A DNA stretch of 64,000 nt from Nitrospira sp. (lineage in GTDB: Bacteria; Nitrospirota; Nitrospiria; Nitrospirales; Nitrospiraceae). The notes below the pieces were generated by a model, which saw only the letters and a list, made by a program, of their open reading frames with translations, did not search any database and was not told the origin of the DNA. Shown here one piece after another: positions 28,353-37,692 of the stretch. How positions within the stretch are numbered: the first letter of the stretch is position 1; each line of letters begins with the position of its first letter. The translations under genes and the position numbers were made by a program. The DNA is taken from contig AP038806.1 of assembly GCA_047150005.1 (NCBI GenBank), positions 3,872,001 through 3,936,000 on the forward strand, given 5' to 3'.

Positions 28353-29746
28353 GCTGTTACCGTCACACGGCGCGATAGCCCCGTCATCGCTTGAAACCTC
28401 AACAGAACCGTGGTTCCTCTCCCATACTCGCTCGAGACCTGAATCGTCCCGCCGTGGTCTTGCATGATCCGGTAGGCGATCGCAAGACCCAGTCCTGTCC
28501 CTTCCGCTTTCGTCGTATAGAACGGCTCGAACAAGCGAGCCAAGTCTCCCTTCCTGATGCCGCTGCCGGTATCGACGATGGTAATTTCCACCCACTCCCT
28601 GCCACCTTCGTGGCGACGGCGGGCTTCAACACGGCATCGACCGCCGTTCGACATGGCATGGAAGGAGTTGGCCATCACGTTCACCAGGACCTGACTGATC
28701 TGAGTTTCATCCCCGAGCACGGGAGGCAGTCCATCCTCCGTCAGATGCTCCAGCCGGATGTGTCGCTCGTCCGCTTCAAAGTGCATCAGCGAGATGATGT
28801 ACTTGATGACCGATGGCACATCCACTTCACGCAATCCCAGCGAGCCGGGGCCGGCAAACTTCATGAATGTGTCAAGAATGGCCGACATGCGGCGACACTC
28901 TGCGTTCAGAATCCTGAGATAGTGCTCCGCCTGTTCCGGCGGCCCGATCCGTCTGCCCAGTTCGTCCTCCAACAGATGCAGGTTGAGATCCACGGCGCTC
29001 AATGGATTGCGCAACTCGTGGGCCACACCGGCGGACAGGGTATGCAGTGCCGATAATTTTTCGGCGACGCGCACCCGCTGTTCCAACGCCAGCCACTCCG
29101 TCACATCCTGTGCTTGTAAAATGATGCCGGCAGGCCGGCCGTCGTCGCCGGTCAGTTCGGCCGTCGTCACCCGGATCGTACGCGTCGCCCGGCCCTGCCC
29201 CTGATACGGCAGATCCTGTTGGCGCACGTGCTCTTGCTTTCGCAAAGCCGTACCCAGCACGTCGCGAATCACATCGCCCCGCGCAAAAACCGAGTCGTAC
29301 GCTTGCCCCAGCAGATCCGACGAGGAACGTGTCAGGACGGCCGCGGCCGCGGGATTCACGGCGGTGATGACTCCGCTCTGATTGAGGGTCAGGATGCCGG
29401 TCGGGATGCTCTCTAGAATATTGCGGGCTAACCCTTTGACCGCTTCCAGCGTGCGTCGCGTGCTGTCGTAATGCAGAAATCCGATGATGGCGCCGATGCT
29501 TCCCGCGGCCGCGACGAACACTAGCAAGGCCACCAACACCAAGTCGCGGCGCGATTGCCAGAGCGCGGCGAAACGCTCCGCAGGAACCGACTCGTCCTTG
29601 GAAAAATCCTGCAACAGCCTCTGGTCTTGCTGCAGGCTGAACAGCAACAGGAAGGACAACACCAGCGCGAGGGCCAAAAAGACCGCGGCCATCGCCCACA
29701 ACGGTACCCCGCGGAATCGCGCCGTGACGGGAACCGGTCTAAACAT
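28349..29746 (-). CDS. Membrane PAS-domain sensor histidine kinase
   Basis: Two TM segments, PAS domain, H-box AHELRNPL, DTGSGI, FEPFYTTK and GTGLGL; overlaps the regulator start. Confidence 0.93.
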   Translation of the reverse strand: MFRPVPVTARFRGVPLWAMAAVFLALALVLSFLLLFSLQQDQRLLQDFSKDESVPAERFAALWQSRRDLVLVALLVFVAAAGSIGAIIGFLHYDSTRRTLEAVKGLARNILESIPTGILTLNQSGVITAVNPAAAAVLTRSSSDLLGQAYDSVFARGDVIRDVLGTALRKQEHVRQQDLPYQGQGRATRTIRVTTAELTGDDGRPAGIILQAQDVTEWLALEQRVRVAEKLSALHTLSAGVAHELRNPLSAVDLNLHLLEDELGRRIGPPEQAEHYLRILNAECRRMSAILDTFMKFAGPGSLGLREVDVPSVIKYIISLMHFEADERHIRLEHLTEDGLPPVLGDETQISQVLVNVMANSFHAMSNGGRCRVEARRRHEGGREWVEITIVDTGSGIRKGDLARLFEPFYTTKAEGTGLGLAIAYRIMQDHGGTIQVSSEYGRGTTVLLRFQAMTGLSRRVTVTA

Positions 29747-29895
29747 GGAGGCGCCACAGAACCAGGCTCATGATCGATTTCATGCTAGCACGCACGCCAC
29801 CCTCTGTACACACGACCGGTCCGGACCGCCCCTCCACGCATGCGCGCGGACGAATCAGGCGGGGTGACTTATGCCTCCCGCGCAACAATCACCAT

Positions 29896-29959
29896 CTCCC
29901 CCGCTCCCCCGCTCCCCCGCTCCCCCGCTCCCCCGCTCCCCCGCTCCCCCGCTCCCCCG
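29896..29959. repeat. Perfect tandem repeat (CTCCCCCG)x8
   Basis: Eight exact 8-bp units counted directly, in a divergent intergenic region. Confidence 0.97.
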
Positions 29960-30001
29960 CATTTGACTTCCTCCGCGTTTCTCATTACCGTGACGAGCAC
30001 C

Positions 30002-30517
30002 ATGACCCGCTTGCGATTCGGTACCGTCCTGGTCGTGATATGTTGGTTCGCCTCGACCTTGCTTCTAAACGCCTGCCAAGACCGCCGCGCCGACAAGGCC
30101 TATCTCAAAGGGAATTACGACAAGAGCGCCAAAGAACTGGAATCGCTCGCCAATCTCGGCGATCCCCGGGCTCAATACAACTTGGGGCTTCTGTACGATC
30201 AGGGCTTAGGGGTTCCGCAGAGCGACGCTTTGGCATTGAGGTGGTATACCCAGGCCGCCGAGCGCGGGGAACCGCGCGCGCAATACAATCTCGGCATCAT
30301 GTATATGAACGGGCAAGGGACGACACCGGATCCGGTTCAGGCTTATTATTGGTTTAGTCTGGCGGTCGCCCAAGGAGAGAGCAAGGCCGCTGATGCACGT
30401 GACTATGTCATGGAACAGATGAGTCCCGGGCAAATCAGCCAGGGGCAGCAGATGGTCATGACTCGCTTACAGGCACAGACCGGTGGTCAGCAACGGCGCT
30501 CCGCCCCTCCCCCATGA
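30002..30517 (+). CDS. Sel1-repeat (lipo)protein
   Basis: Signal peptide ending LNAC; AQYNLGLLYDQGLGV and AQYNLGIMYMNGQG repeats. Confidence 0.88.
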   Translation: MTRLRFGTVLVVICWFASTLLLNACQDRRADKAYLKGNYDKSAKELESLANLGDPRAQYNLGLLYDQGLGVPQSDALALRWYTQAAERGEPRAQYNLGIMYMNGQGTTPDPVQAYYWFSLAVAQGESKAADARDYVMEQMSPGQISQGQQMVMTRLQAQTGGQQRRSAPPP

Positions 30518-30524
30518 GACGCTA

Positions 30525-30546
30525 TGAAACGTAATATTACGTTTCA
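30525..30546. repeat. Perfect 22-bp palindrome between convergent genes
   Basis: TGAAACGTAATATTACGTTTCA. Confidence 0.85.
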
Positions 30547-30586
30547 ATGAAATCTCTTGGAGATGAGACATCCAGCTTTACTTGAA

Positions 30587-31540
30587 CTATTGAACCTCTT
30601 CGTGTAGACCGGGTCCTGCATGATCGGCCGCATGGTAGGAACTGCGCACCAGCGGTCCGGATTCCACGTGACGAAAGCCTAGAATCAGCGCCTCCGTCTT
30701 CAGGGCGTCGAAGAGAGCCGGTTCGTAAAACCGGGCCACCGGTATGTGCTGCTTGGTCGGCTGCAGATACTGTCCGATCGTCAGAATGTCGCATCCGCTG
30801 CTTCGCACATCACGCATGACCTGACGGACTTCGTCGAGCGTCTCCCCCATGCCCACGATCAGGCCTGACTTTGTCGTCATGCCCTGCTCCTTCGATCGGC
30901 GAAGCACCTCAATCGATCGTCCATATTTCCCCTGTGGCCTGATGGCAGGAAACAGCCGAGCGACCGTTTCGATATTGTGATTGAGGATATCTGGCCTCGC
31001 GGCGCACACTTGGCCCAATGCCGCCTCATCGCCCCCGAAGTCGGGAATCAACACCTCGATCGTGCAGCCGGGGTTGAGCCGTCTGGTCTCCCGGATGGTC
31101 CGCGCAAAGACAGCCGCTCCCCCGTCTGTCAGCTCGTCACGATTGACAGACGTCACCACCACGTGGCGAAGACCCAGTGCCCGGACGGCTTCAGCCACAC
31201 GACCCGGCTCCTCCAAATCAAGCGGCAACGGCTTGCCGGTCTGCACCGAGCAGTAGTGACACCGTCTGGTACAGATATCCCCCAGGATCAGAAACGTAGC
31301 AGTCCGTGCATTCCAACATTCCCATCGATTGGGACAGCGAGCCTCTTCGCAGATCGTGTGCAGCTCCAGCCGCTCCATCACCTGCTTGATGTCCAGGTAG
31401 TCGGAACCGGTCCGAGCCTGCACCCTGAACCACGGAGGCAGTCTTGGCCGCGACGTGTCCCCGGAGGGTGTTGAATCACCGCTCCGCCCCCTGGATCGGG
31501 AGTCAGGTCTGGCGATCTGGTCGACCGGGATCAAGTCCAT
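30587..31540 (-). CDS. lipA: Lipoyl synthase
   Basis: CEEARCPNRWEC, CTRRCHYC, NHNIET, GQYLQP and VRSSYHA. Confidence 0.97.
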   Translation of the reverse strand: MDLIPVDQIARPDSRSRGRSGDSTPSGDTSRPRLPPWFRVQARTGSDYLDIKQVMERLELHTICEEARCPNRWECWNARTATFLILGDICTRRCHYCSVQTGKPLPLDLEEPGRVAEAVRALGLRHVVVTSVNRDELTDGGAAVFARTIRETRRLNPGCTIEVLIPDFGGDEAALGQVCAARPDILNHNIETVARLFPAIRPQGKYGRSIEVLRRSKEQGMTTKSGLIVGMGETLDEVRQVMRDVRSSGCDILTIGQYLQPTKQHIPVARFYEPALFDALKTEALILGFRHVESGPLVRSSYHAADHAGPGLHEEVQ

Positions 31541-31546
31541 GGATGT

Positions 31547-31912
31547 TCAGTTGCGAGAGGTGTGAGTACGAAACCAACCGGTCACCAAGGCCAGCCATCC
31601 TCCGGAAGAGGCCGATGCCTGGGGTGGATCAGGATACTCGATCCAGGGCTCCTGCGAGCCTAGATACAGCTCGCCGCGAAAGATCAACTGGCTTTTCAGC
31701 TGGCGATAACCGCGAGACTGGAGCAAGTCCGCCAATGCCGGCAATATCGCGTCCCGAACCGGACACCAGTCGGTCGAGATACGGAGGCCTTCATACTGCA
31801 AGTGCGCCCGATAGCCCGGATCAGCCTGCTCCAATTCCACCGGGCGACTGAAACCCCGCTCACGTTCGTCCAGGCCGGCCAGCTGATGTTTCTCGATCCA
31901 GTTCTTCGGCAT
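31547..31912 (-). CDS. Hypothetical protein
   Basis: Fills the operon gap between co-oriented genes; protein-like composition; start uncertain (31912 or 31945). Confidence 0.6.
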   Translation of the reverse strand: MPKNWIEKHQLAGLDERERGFSRPVELEQADPGYRAHLQYEGLRISTDWCPVRDAILPALADLLQSRGYRQLKSQLIFRGELYLGSQEPWIEYPDPPQASASSGGWLALVTGWFRTHTSRN

Positions 31913-31964
31913 CGGTCCCTGATGCCCTCCCGGTGCGGGAGTCACAGCCGGTCGCCTGAATGCC

Positions 31965-32330
31965 TCACTCGAGGGCCCGAAACACGGCGACCAAATCGCT
32001 GAGCGCGGCGGTCTTGTGCTTCAGCACCGTCCGTTCAGCCCGTATCGTGTCCTGGACCTGACGATCGGCGGATGCGCCTCGCAAACACGTCTCGCCGAGT
32101 GCGAGGATGCGATCGCACTCTTCCGTCAACTTCTTCTTCACCACAGGATTGACCGACAGAATGTCCATGAGCTGGCGCCTCGTGTCGGTCAAATGCTTCT
32201 TCAGTTCCTCGTCGGGATAGGCTTTCCGAGCGGCCTCATCCAAGCAGCGGTCCAAATACTGGGCGAGAAATACGTACAACCGGACCAGTGCGGCAGCGAT
32301 GTCAACCTGTTCCGTAGCGGTTACGGCCAT
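31965..32330 (-). CDS. Hypothetical alpha-helical protein
   Basis: AAGGA RBS; operonic position. Confidence 0.7.
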   Translation of the reverse strand: MAVTATEQVDIAAALVRLYVFLAQYLDRCLDEAARKAYPDEELKKHLTDTRRQLMDILSVNPVVKKKLTEECDRILALGETCLRGASADRQVQDTIRAERTVLKHKTAALSDLVAVFRALE

Positions 32331-32370
32331 GATGGATCATCCTTTTCTTGTCTCGCGCGAGACAGAGAGA

Positions 32371-32676
32371 TTAGAGGAGCACTTTCACGTCTGTGCCGTC
32401 GACTTTCACTTGGTAGGCTTCGACCTTCCCCGACGGATTGTTCACACAGGCACCCGTGGTGACGTTGAACTGCCAGCCGTGCCAGGGGCAGGTCACAACC
32501 TCACCTTCGACCTCACCTTCACCAAGCGGCCCTCCACGGTGAATGCAGGTATTATCGATGGCGTGAAACACTCCGTCGACATTGAAGAGGGCGATGGTCT
32601 TCCCCTGCGCTTCCGTCACGATCCCGTGGCCCGGCTTAACATCTCCGGTTCCCGCTACCCGCACAAACTCTCCCAT
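32371..32676 (-). CDS. Rieske-type 2Fe-2S ferredoxin
   Basis: CIHRGGPL...CPWHGWQF motifs. Confidence 0.93.
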   Translation of the reverse strand: MGEFVRVAGTGDVKPGHGIVTEAQGKTIALFNVDGVFHAIDNTCIHRGGPLGEGEVEGEVVTCPWHGWQFNVTTGACVNNPSGKVEAYQVKVDGTDVKVLL

Positions 32677-32703
32677 GGATCCCCTCCCCAGTGTGAATCC
32701 CGC

Positions 32704-33579
32704 TCATTGCTTGCCGAACGGTTGTTTGATCTTCTTCAAAAGGCTGTCGATCGAGGCGCCTTCTTTCTCCGACCCGCCCAATCGGCCGATGAGCTTCTGC
32801 GCGATGTCTCTGAACGCGCCGGCCTGCGGCGACTCCGGATGCGCCACGACGATGGGATGTCCGCTGTCTCCGCCGTCGCGAATCGCCGGATCGATCGGAA
32901 TGCGGCCCAGAAAGGGCACCCCCAGCTTCTCGGCGGCGCGCTCCCCGCCTCCGTGCGAGAAAATTTCCGTCCGCTCGCCGCAATGCCCGCAGACGAAGAA
33001 ACTCATGTTCTCGATGATGCCCAACAAGGGGACGTTGACCTTCTGAAACATCGCCATGCCCTTGCGCACATCGTAGAGGGCCACTTCCTGCGGCGTCGTC
33101 ACGGTCACGGCGCCGGCCAACGGCACCATCTGGGACAAGGACAGTTGGACATCTCCGGTACCGGGCGGAAGATCGATCAACAAATAATCCAGATCGCCCC
33201 AGAGCACGTCACGAAAAAACGCCTGCAAATACTGATGCACCATCGGCCCGCGCCAGACCAATGGGGCTTCCTCCGGAACCAGAAATGCCATCGAAATCAA
33301 TTTGACCCCATAGTTTTCGACCGGCAGGATCTTGCCGTCCTTCTGTTCCGGACCGGCGGTACTCCCCATCATCATCGGAATGTTCGGCCCGTAGAGATCC
33401 GCGTCCAGCAGGCCAACCTTTGCCCCGGTGAGGGCCAGTGCGCAGGCGAGGTTGGATGCAACGGTCGACTTCCCGACACCGCCTTTGCCGCTACTGACAG
33501 CAATGACGTGTTTCACTCCCGGGATAAGATTCTCTTTGGCTTGCGACGATTGCGACGCGTGGGTGTGTTCATCAGCCAT
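32704..33579 (-). CDS. mrp: Mrp/ApbC/NBP35 iron-sulfur cluster carrier ATPase
   Basis: SGKGGVGKST, DADLYGP, WRGPM, DLPPGTGD and ENMS..CGHC. Confidence 0.95.
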   Translation of the reverse strand: MADEHTHASQSSQAKENLIPGVKHVIAVSSGKGGVGKSTVASNLACALALTGAKVGLLDADLYGPNIPMMMGSTAGPEQKDGKILPVENYGVKLISMAFLVPEEAPLVWRGPMVHQYLQAFFRDVLWGDLDYLLIDLPPGTGDVQLSLSQMVPLAGAVTVTTPQEVALYDVRKGMAMFQKVNVPLLGIIENMSFFVCGHCGERTEIFSHGGGERAAEKLGVPFLGRIPIDPAIRDGGDSGHPIVVAHPESPQAGAFRDIAQKLIGRLGGSEKEGASIDSLLKKIKQPFGKQ

Positions 33580-33719
33580 TACAATACCCTCCTCTCGCAA
33601 ACCTCAGACTCAGCCTGAGACCGAGTGGTCTGCCTACTCGCATCATAAGCGATGAAGGGAGAGAAAGAAAATGGGCCGGTTGGGCCAACCGGGATGGGAC
33701 GACCGGGGTACGGCGGAGG

Positions 33720-34571
33720 CTATTCGACAAACACCGTCGGGTCGAGTCGACGAAGATTCGTCGCCAGTCCGAAGAGTGACAGGGAGTAGATAATCCACTT
33801 CGACGGATCAAAATTGTACCACTTGGCGCCGTTGCGATAATCGCGTGCGTAGGTGTGATGGTAGTTGTGGTAACCCTCCCCAAAACTGACCAAGGAGATC
33901 AGCCAGCTGTCCCGGCTGCTGTCGCTGTTGCCGTGCGGTTGCGTTCCATACATATGGCAGAGTGAATTGATCGCAAACGTCGAATTCAACACCATGAACA
34001 TGCGAAACATGCCGGCGAGCATAAAGCACCCGATCGCCCCCTGGATTCCTCCATGCAGGAATCCCAGAATGAGGGGGAAGGCAAGACCGGAGATCACGAT
34101 GGCATGGTAATGCTCGTGCTGCCACATGATCATCGGATCCTTGCGCAGCTGTCGCTCATACTTCTCGGTTCGATGGGGCGTATTGACGAACAACCACCCG
34201 CAGTGGCTGTGCCAAAAACCCTTTTGCGCGTTATACGGATCTTCCTCCTGGTCGGTTCGAGCATGATGGCGAATATGGTCGGCACACCACCGCAATGCGG
34301 AATTTTGCAGAGCCCATCCCCCGGCAATCAATAATACCGCCTTCACCCAGGGATGACATTCGAAACTCCGATGTGAGATCAGGCGATGGTAGCCCACCGT
34401 GATGCCCATGCCGGTGACAATGTATAAAACGCCGAATACCACCCAGTCAAAGAGCGTATAGCCGTAAAGAAAGCCGAACAACGGCGTCCCGATCAACGTC
34501 ACTGCCGCCACCAGGCAGAACAGGATGAATGTCTTGTACGCAAACGGCGAAGTCCACTTGGTATCGGGCAT
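33720..34571 (-). CDS. Membrane fatty acid (delta-9-type) desaturase
   Basis: His boxes HRLISH, HIRHH and GEGYHNYHH. Confidence 0.93.
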   Translation of the reverse strand: MPDTKWTSPFAYKTFILFCLVAAVTLIGTPLFGFLYGYTLFDWVVFGVLYIVTGMGITVGYHRLISHRSFECHPWVKAVLLIAGGWALQNSALRWCADHIRHHARTDQEEDPYNAQKGFWHSHCGWLFVNTPHRTEKYERQLRKDPMIMWQHEHYHAIVISGLAFPLILGFLHGGIQGAIGCFMLAGMFRMFMVLNSTFAINSLCHMYGTQPHGNSDSSRDSWLISLVSFGEGYHNYHHTYARDYRNGAKWYNFDPSKWIIYSLSLFGLATNLRRLDPTVFVE

Positions 34572-34740
34572 CCCTACTCCTCGCGTTGAAATGAAGAAGG
34601 ACCGGCGATCAGTCTGTCCTGGCGGTCGCGCACTGCGTCATCGTGTATCAGACATATAGTAGCGAAGTGTCTGATAATTTTCAACAAAATCATTCCGGGG
34701 TGTATACTGTATCAAATCGCCATCGAGTCGTCTCCTCCCC

Positions 34741-37692
34741 ATGAAAGCCACGCCATCCGATCTCGAACGCGCCATCCGCCGAATCGGTGAAGATCTCGCG
34801 CGGTTGTCCTCTGGCCAAACTCCGACGGTCTTTGAACGACGCTGGTGGTCCCAAGCCGCTATGAACTTGGCGATGCATGACCAGACGTTCAAGACCCAGC
34901 TGTTCCGGTTTATCGACGTGCTGCCTGCCGTCCCCAATGACGAACGCGTTGTTTCCTTGGCCGAGGAGTACTTCGGTTCAATGACTGATCGAACGTTCGG
35001 TTTGCGGTGGGGATTGAAGGCCCTGTCGGCCACCGGCATCGGTGCGCGGCTCACCGGCCATGCCATCAGATCCCAGGTCGAACAGATGGCGAGAACGTTC
35101 ATCGCCGGTTCGTCCGTCGACGACGCGGTCCCGGTGCTGAAAGGACTCCGCCAAGACGGAAAGCGCTGGTCGGTCGACCTCTTGGGCGAAGCCACCATCA
35201 GCGATCAGGAGGCCGATCGCTATCGGGACCGTTGCGTAGAGGCCTTGCGTACGCTGGCCCGCTCTGCCGCCGCACAGAAGGACGCCGGCCACCTGGACCA
35301 CGATCAGTTTGGACCCGTCCCACCCGTGCAATTGTCCCTCAAGTTATCCGCGCTGACGCCCCATCTTGACCCGATCGATCCTGAAGGCACCTATGACTCG
35401 GTTGCGCCCCGTTTGCGCTCCATCGTCGACACCGCCAAGGACGTGGATGCCTCGTTGATATTCGACATGGAGCAAGCCGAAGTCAAAGATTTGATCATCA
35501 CGATCTTTACACGATTATTCTCCGAAACGGCGTACCTGACGTTTCGCCATGCCGGCATCGCCATGCAGGCGTATCATCGGGAGACCGTCCGCGACGTCGA
35601 ACGGCTGATGGAATGGATCCGCAAGCGGCAAACGCCCTTGACCATTCGCTTGGTCAAGGGAGCCTATTGGGACAGCGATACCATTCACTATCGTCAAAAG
35701 GGATGGCCTGTTCCCCTCTTCGAGCGAAAAACGGACACGGACGCCAATTTCGAGGGGCTCGTCCAGACGCTGCTGAACCAGGCCTCCCTGATTCGGCCGG
35801 CCTTCGGTACGCATAATTTGAGAACGCTCGCCTGCATCGAAGCAGTGGCTGAACGCTTAGGACTAGGACGGGAAGCCTATGAGTATCAGATGATCTTCGG
35901 CATGGCCGAGCCGTTTCAGCATGCCATCCTGCAGCGGCACCGCTGCCTGCGCCTCTATACTCCGGTTGGAGAGCTTCTGCCTGGAATGGCCTATCTCGTG
36001 CGCCGACTCCTCGAAAACACCTCGAACGAATCGTTCCTCCGCAAGGAATATGTCGAGTCTGAGCCGCTCCAGCGCCTCCTCGATCCGCCCGCCGGAGGTC
36101 AAACAGCGTCGACACCCCAACCGAACGCCGACTCCGGCTTCCGAAACGAACCGACACAGGACTTCTCTCAGGCGGCGGCGCGCGACGCGATGCGTGAGGC
36201 GATCCGAACCGTCAGGACGCAACTGGACCGGCAATGGGACGCAACCCCCGCCTCCCTCTCGCGCGCCGGTCCGATCCTCCTTTCCCACAATCCTGCGCGC
36301 CCCGACGAGATCGTCGCGCGGGTTCACGGCGCCGATGTCGGCGACGCCGACCGTGCCGTCGACGCTTGTCTCAATGCCTGGGGGGCGTGGCGCGAGACCA
36401 CGACAGAACACCGGGCAGACACCCTGCGCCGCGCGGCGGCTTTGATGCGCGACAGAAAGTCCGAATTGGCGGCCTGGGAGGTCTCGGAATGTGCGAAACC
36501 TTGGCGGGAGGCGGATGCGGACGTCGCCGAGGCGATCGATTTCCTGGAGTTCTACGCCCGCGAATGGCTGCGACTGGCGCCCCCCGCACGATTGGGACGG
36601 ATTCCCGGTGAATTGAACCATCGCCTGCTCGACCCGCGAGGCGTCACCGTCGTGATCTCTCCCTGGAATTTTCCCCTGGCCATCCCGACAGGCATGGTAT
36701 CGGCGGCCTTGGTGGCCGGTAATCCCGTCATCTTCAAACCATCGGAGCGGTCCTCAGTGATCGGCCTGTTCCTCGTTTCGCTGCTCCATGAGGCCGGTGT
36801 ACCGCCGGACATCCTGATCGGCATGCCGGGCGGCGCGGAAATCGGACAGGCGCTGGTAGGACATCGCGACGTCGCCACGATCGCCTTCACGGGATCGAAG
36901 AAGGTCGGGCTCGAACTCCTCCGCGAGACGGCGACGGTACTGCCGGGTCAACACATGGTGAAGCGCGTGATCGCGGAAATGGGAGGAAAGAACGCCATCA
37001 TCATTGACGACACCGCCGATCTCGACGAGGCCGTCACCGGAGTTGTGATATCGGCCACCGGCTACGCCGGGCAGAAGTGTTCCGCCTGTTCGCGGGTCAT
37101 CGTGCATGAGGCCGTGTACGACATCTGTGTTCGTCGTTTGCAGGAGGCCCTCGCCTGCCTGCGCGTAGGGGACCCGGAAAAGCCCGGCACCCACATGGGT
37201 CCGGTCATTGATGCGAGAGCACAATCGACCATCCTCGATTACATCGCGGCCGGCAAACAAGAGGCCCGTCTAGTTGAAGACAGGAAACATCTCACGCCGG
37301 GCTGGTACGTCGGTCCCACCCTCTTTGCCGACGTGAATCCGAGCGCCCGGATTGCGCAGGAGGAGATCTTTGGACCGGTCCTGGCCGTCATGAAAGCCGC
37401 CTCCTTTGAGGAAGCCCTTCGCCTGGCCAATGCGACGGATTACGGATTGACCGGTGGAGTCTATTCCCGCAGTCCGGCCAATCTCGACCTGGCGCGACGG
37501 CACTTTGACGTGGGAAATCTGTACTTGAATCGGCCCATCACCGGCGCCCTGGTGGGGCGACAGCCGTTCGGAGGCCATCGGCTGTCAGGGATCGGGGCGA
37601 AGGCCGGTGGTGAGGACTACTTGTTGCAATTTGTGGTCGTGAGAATCGTCAGCGAACAGACCCTGCGCCGGGGATTCGCTCCGGCCGAGTGA
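34741..37692 (+). CDS. putA: Bifunctional proline dehydrogenase/P5C dehydrogenase
   Basis: FRFIDVLP, DLLGE, RLVKGAYWD, YLVRRLLENTSN, ISPWNFP, EMGGKN, GQKCSAC and EEIFGP. Confidence 0.95.
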   Translation: MKATPSDLERAIRRIGEDLARLSSGQTPTVFERRWWSQAAMNLAMHDQTFKTQLFRFIDVLPAVPNDERVVSLAEEYFGSMTDRTFGLRWGLKALSATGIGARLTGHAIRSQVEQMARTFIAGSSVDDAVPVLKGLRQDGKRWSVDLLGEATISDQEADRYRDRCVEALRTLARSAAAQKDAGHLDHDQFGPVPPVQLSLKLSALTPHLDPIDPEGTYDSVAPRLRSIVDTAKDVDASLIFDMEQAEVKDLIITIFTRLFSETAYLTFRHAGIAMQAYHRETVRDVERLMEWIRKRQTPLTIRLVKGAYWDSDTIHYRQKGWPVPLFERKTDTDANFEGLVQTLLNQASLIRPAFGTHNLRTLACIEAVAERLGLGREAYEYQMIFGMAEPFQHAILQRHRCLRLYTPVGELLPGMAYLVRRLLENTSNESFLRKEYVESEPLQRLLDPPAGGQTASTPQPNADSGFRNEPTQDFSQAAARDAMREAIRTVRTQLDRQWDATPASLSRAGPILLSHNPARPDEIVARVHGADVGDADRAVDACLNAWGAWRETTTEHRADTLRRAAALMRDRKSELAAWEVSECAKPWREADADVAEAIDFLEFYAREWLRLAPPARLGRIPGELNHRLLDPRGVTVVISPWNFPLAIPTGMVSAALVAGNPVIFKPSERSSVIGLFLVSLLHEAGVPPDILIGMPGGAEIGQALVGHRDVATIAFTGSKKVGLELLRETATVLPGQHMVKRVIAEMGGKNAIIIDDTADLDEAVTGVVISATGYAGQKCSACSRVIVHEAVYDICVRRLQEALACLRVGDPEKPGTHMGPVIDARAQSTILDYIAAGKQEARLVEDRKHLTPGWYVGPTLFADVNPSARIAQEEIFGPVLAVMKAASFEEALRLANATDYGLTGGVYSRSPANLDLARRHFDVGNLYLNRPITGALVGRQPFGGHRLSGIGAKAGGEDYLLQFVVVRIVSEQTLRRGFAPAE

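Noticed and set aside
29770..30001. Pro-rich (PPLPRSPA)n N-terminal extensions, or a CRISPR-like array at the 8-bp repeat
   Set aside because: These are translation artefacts of the tandem repeat. There are no spacers or cas genes, and the Sel1 signal peptide starts at 30002.
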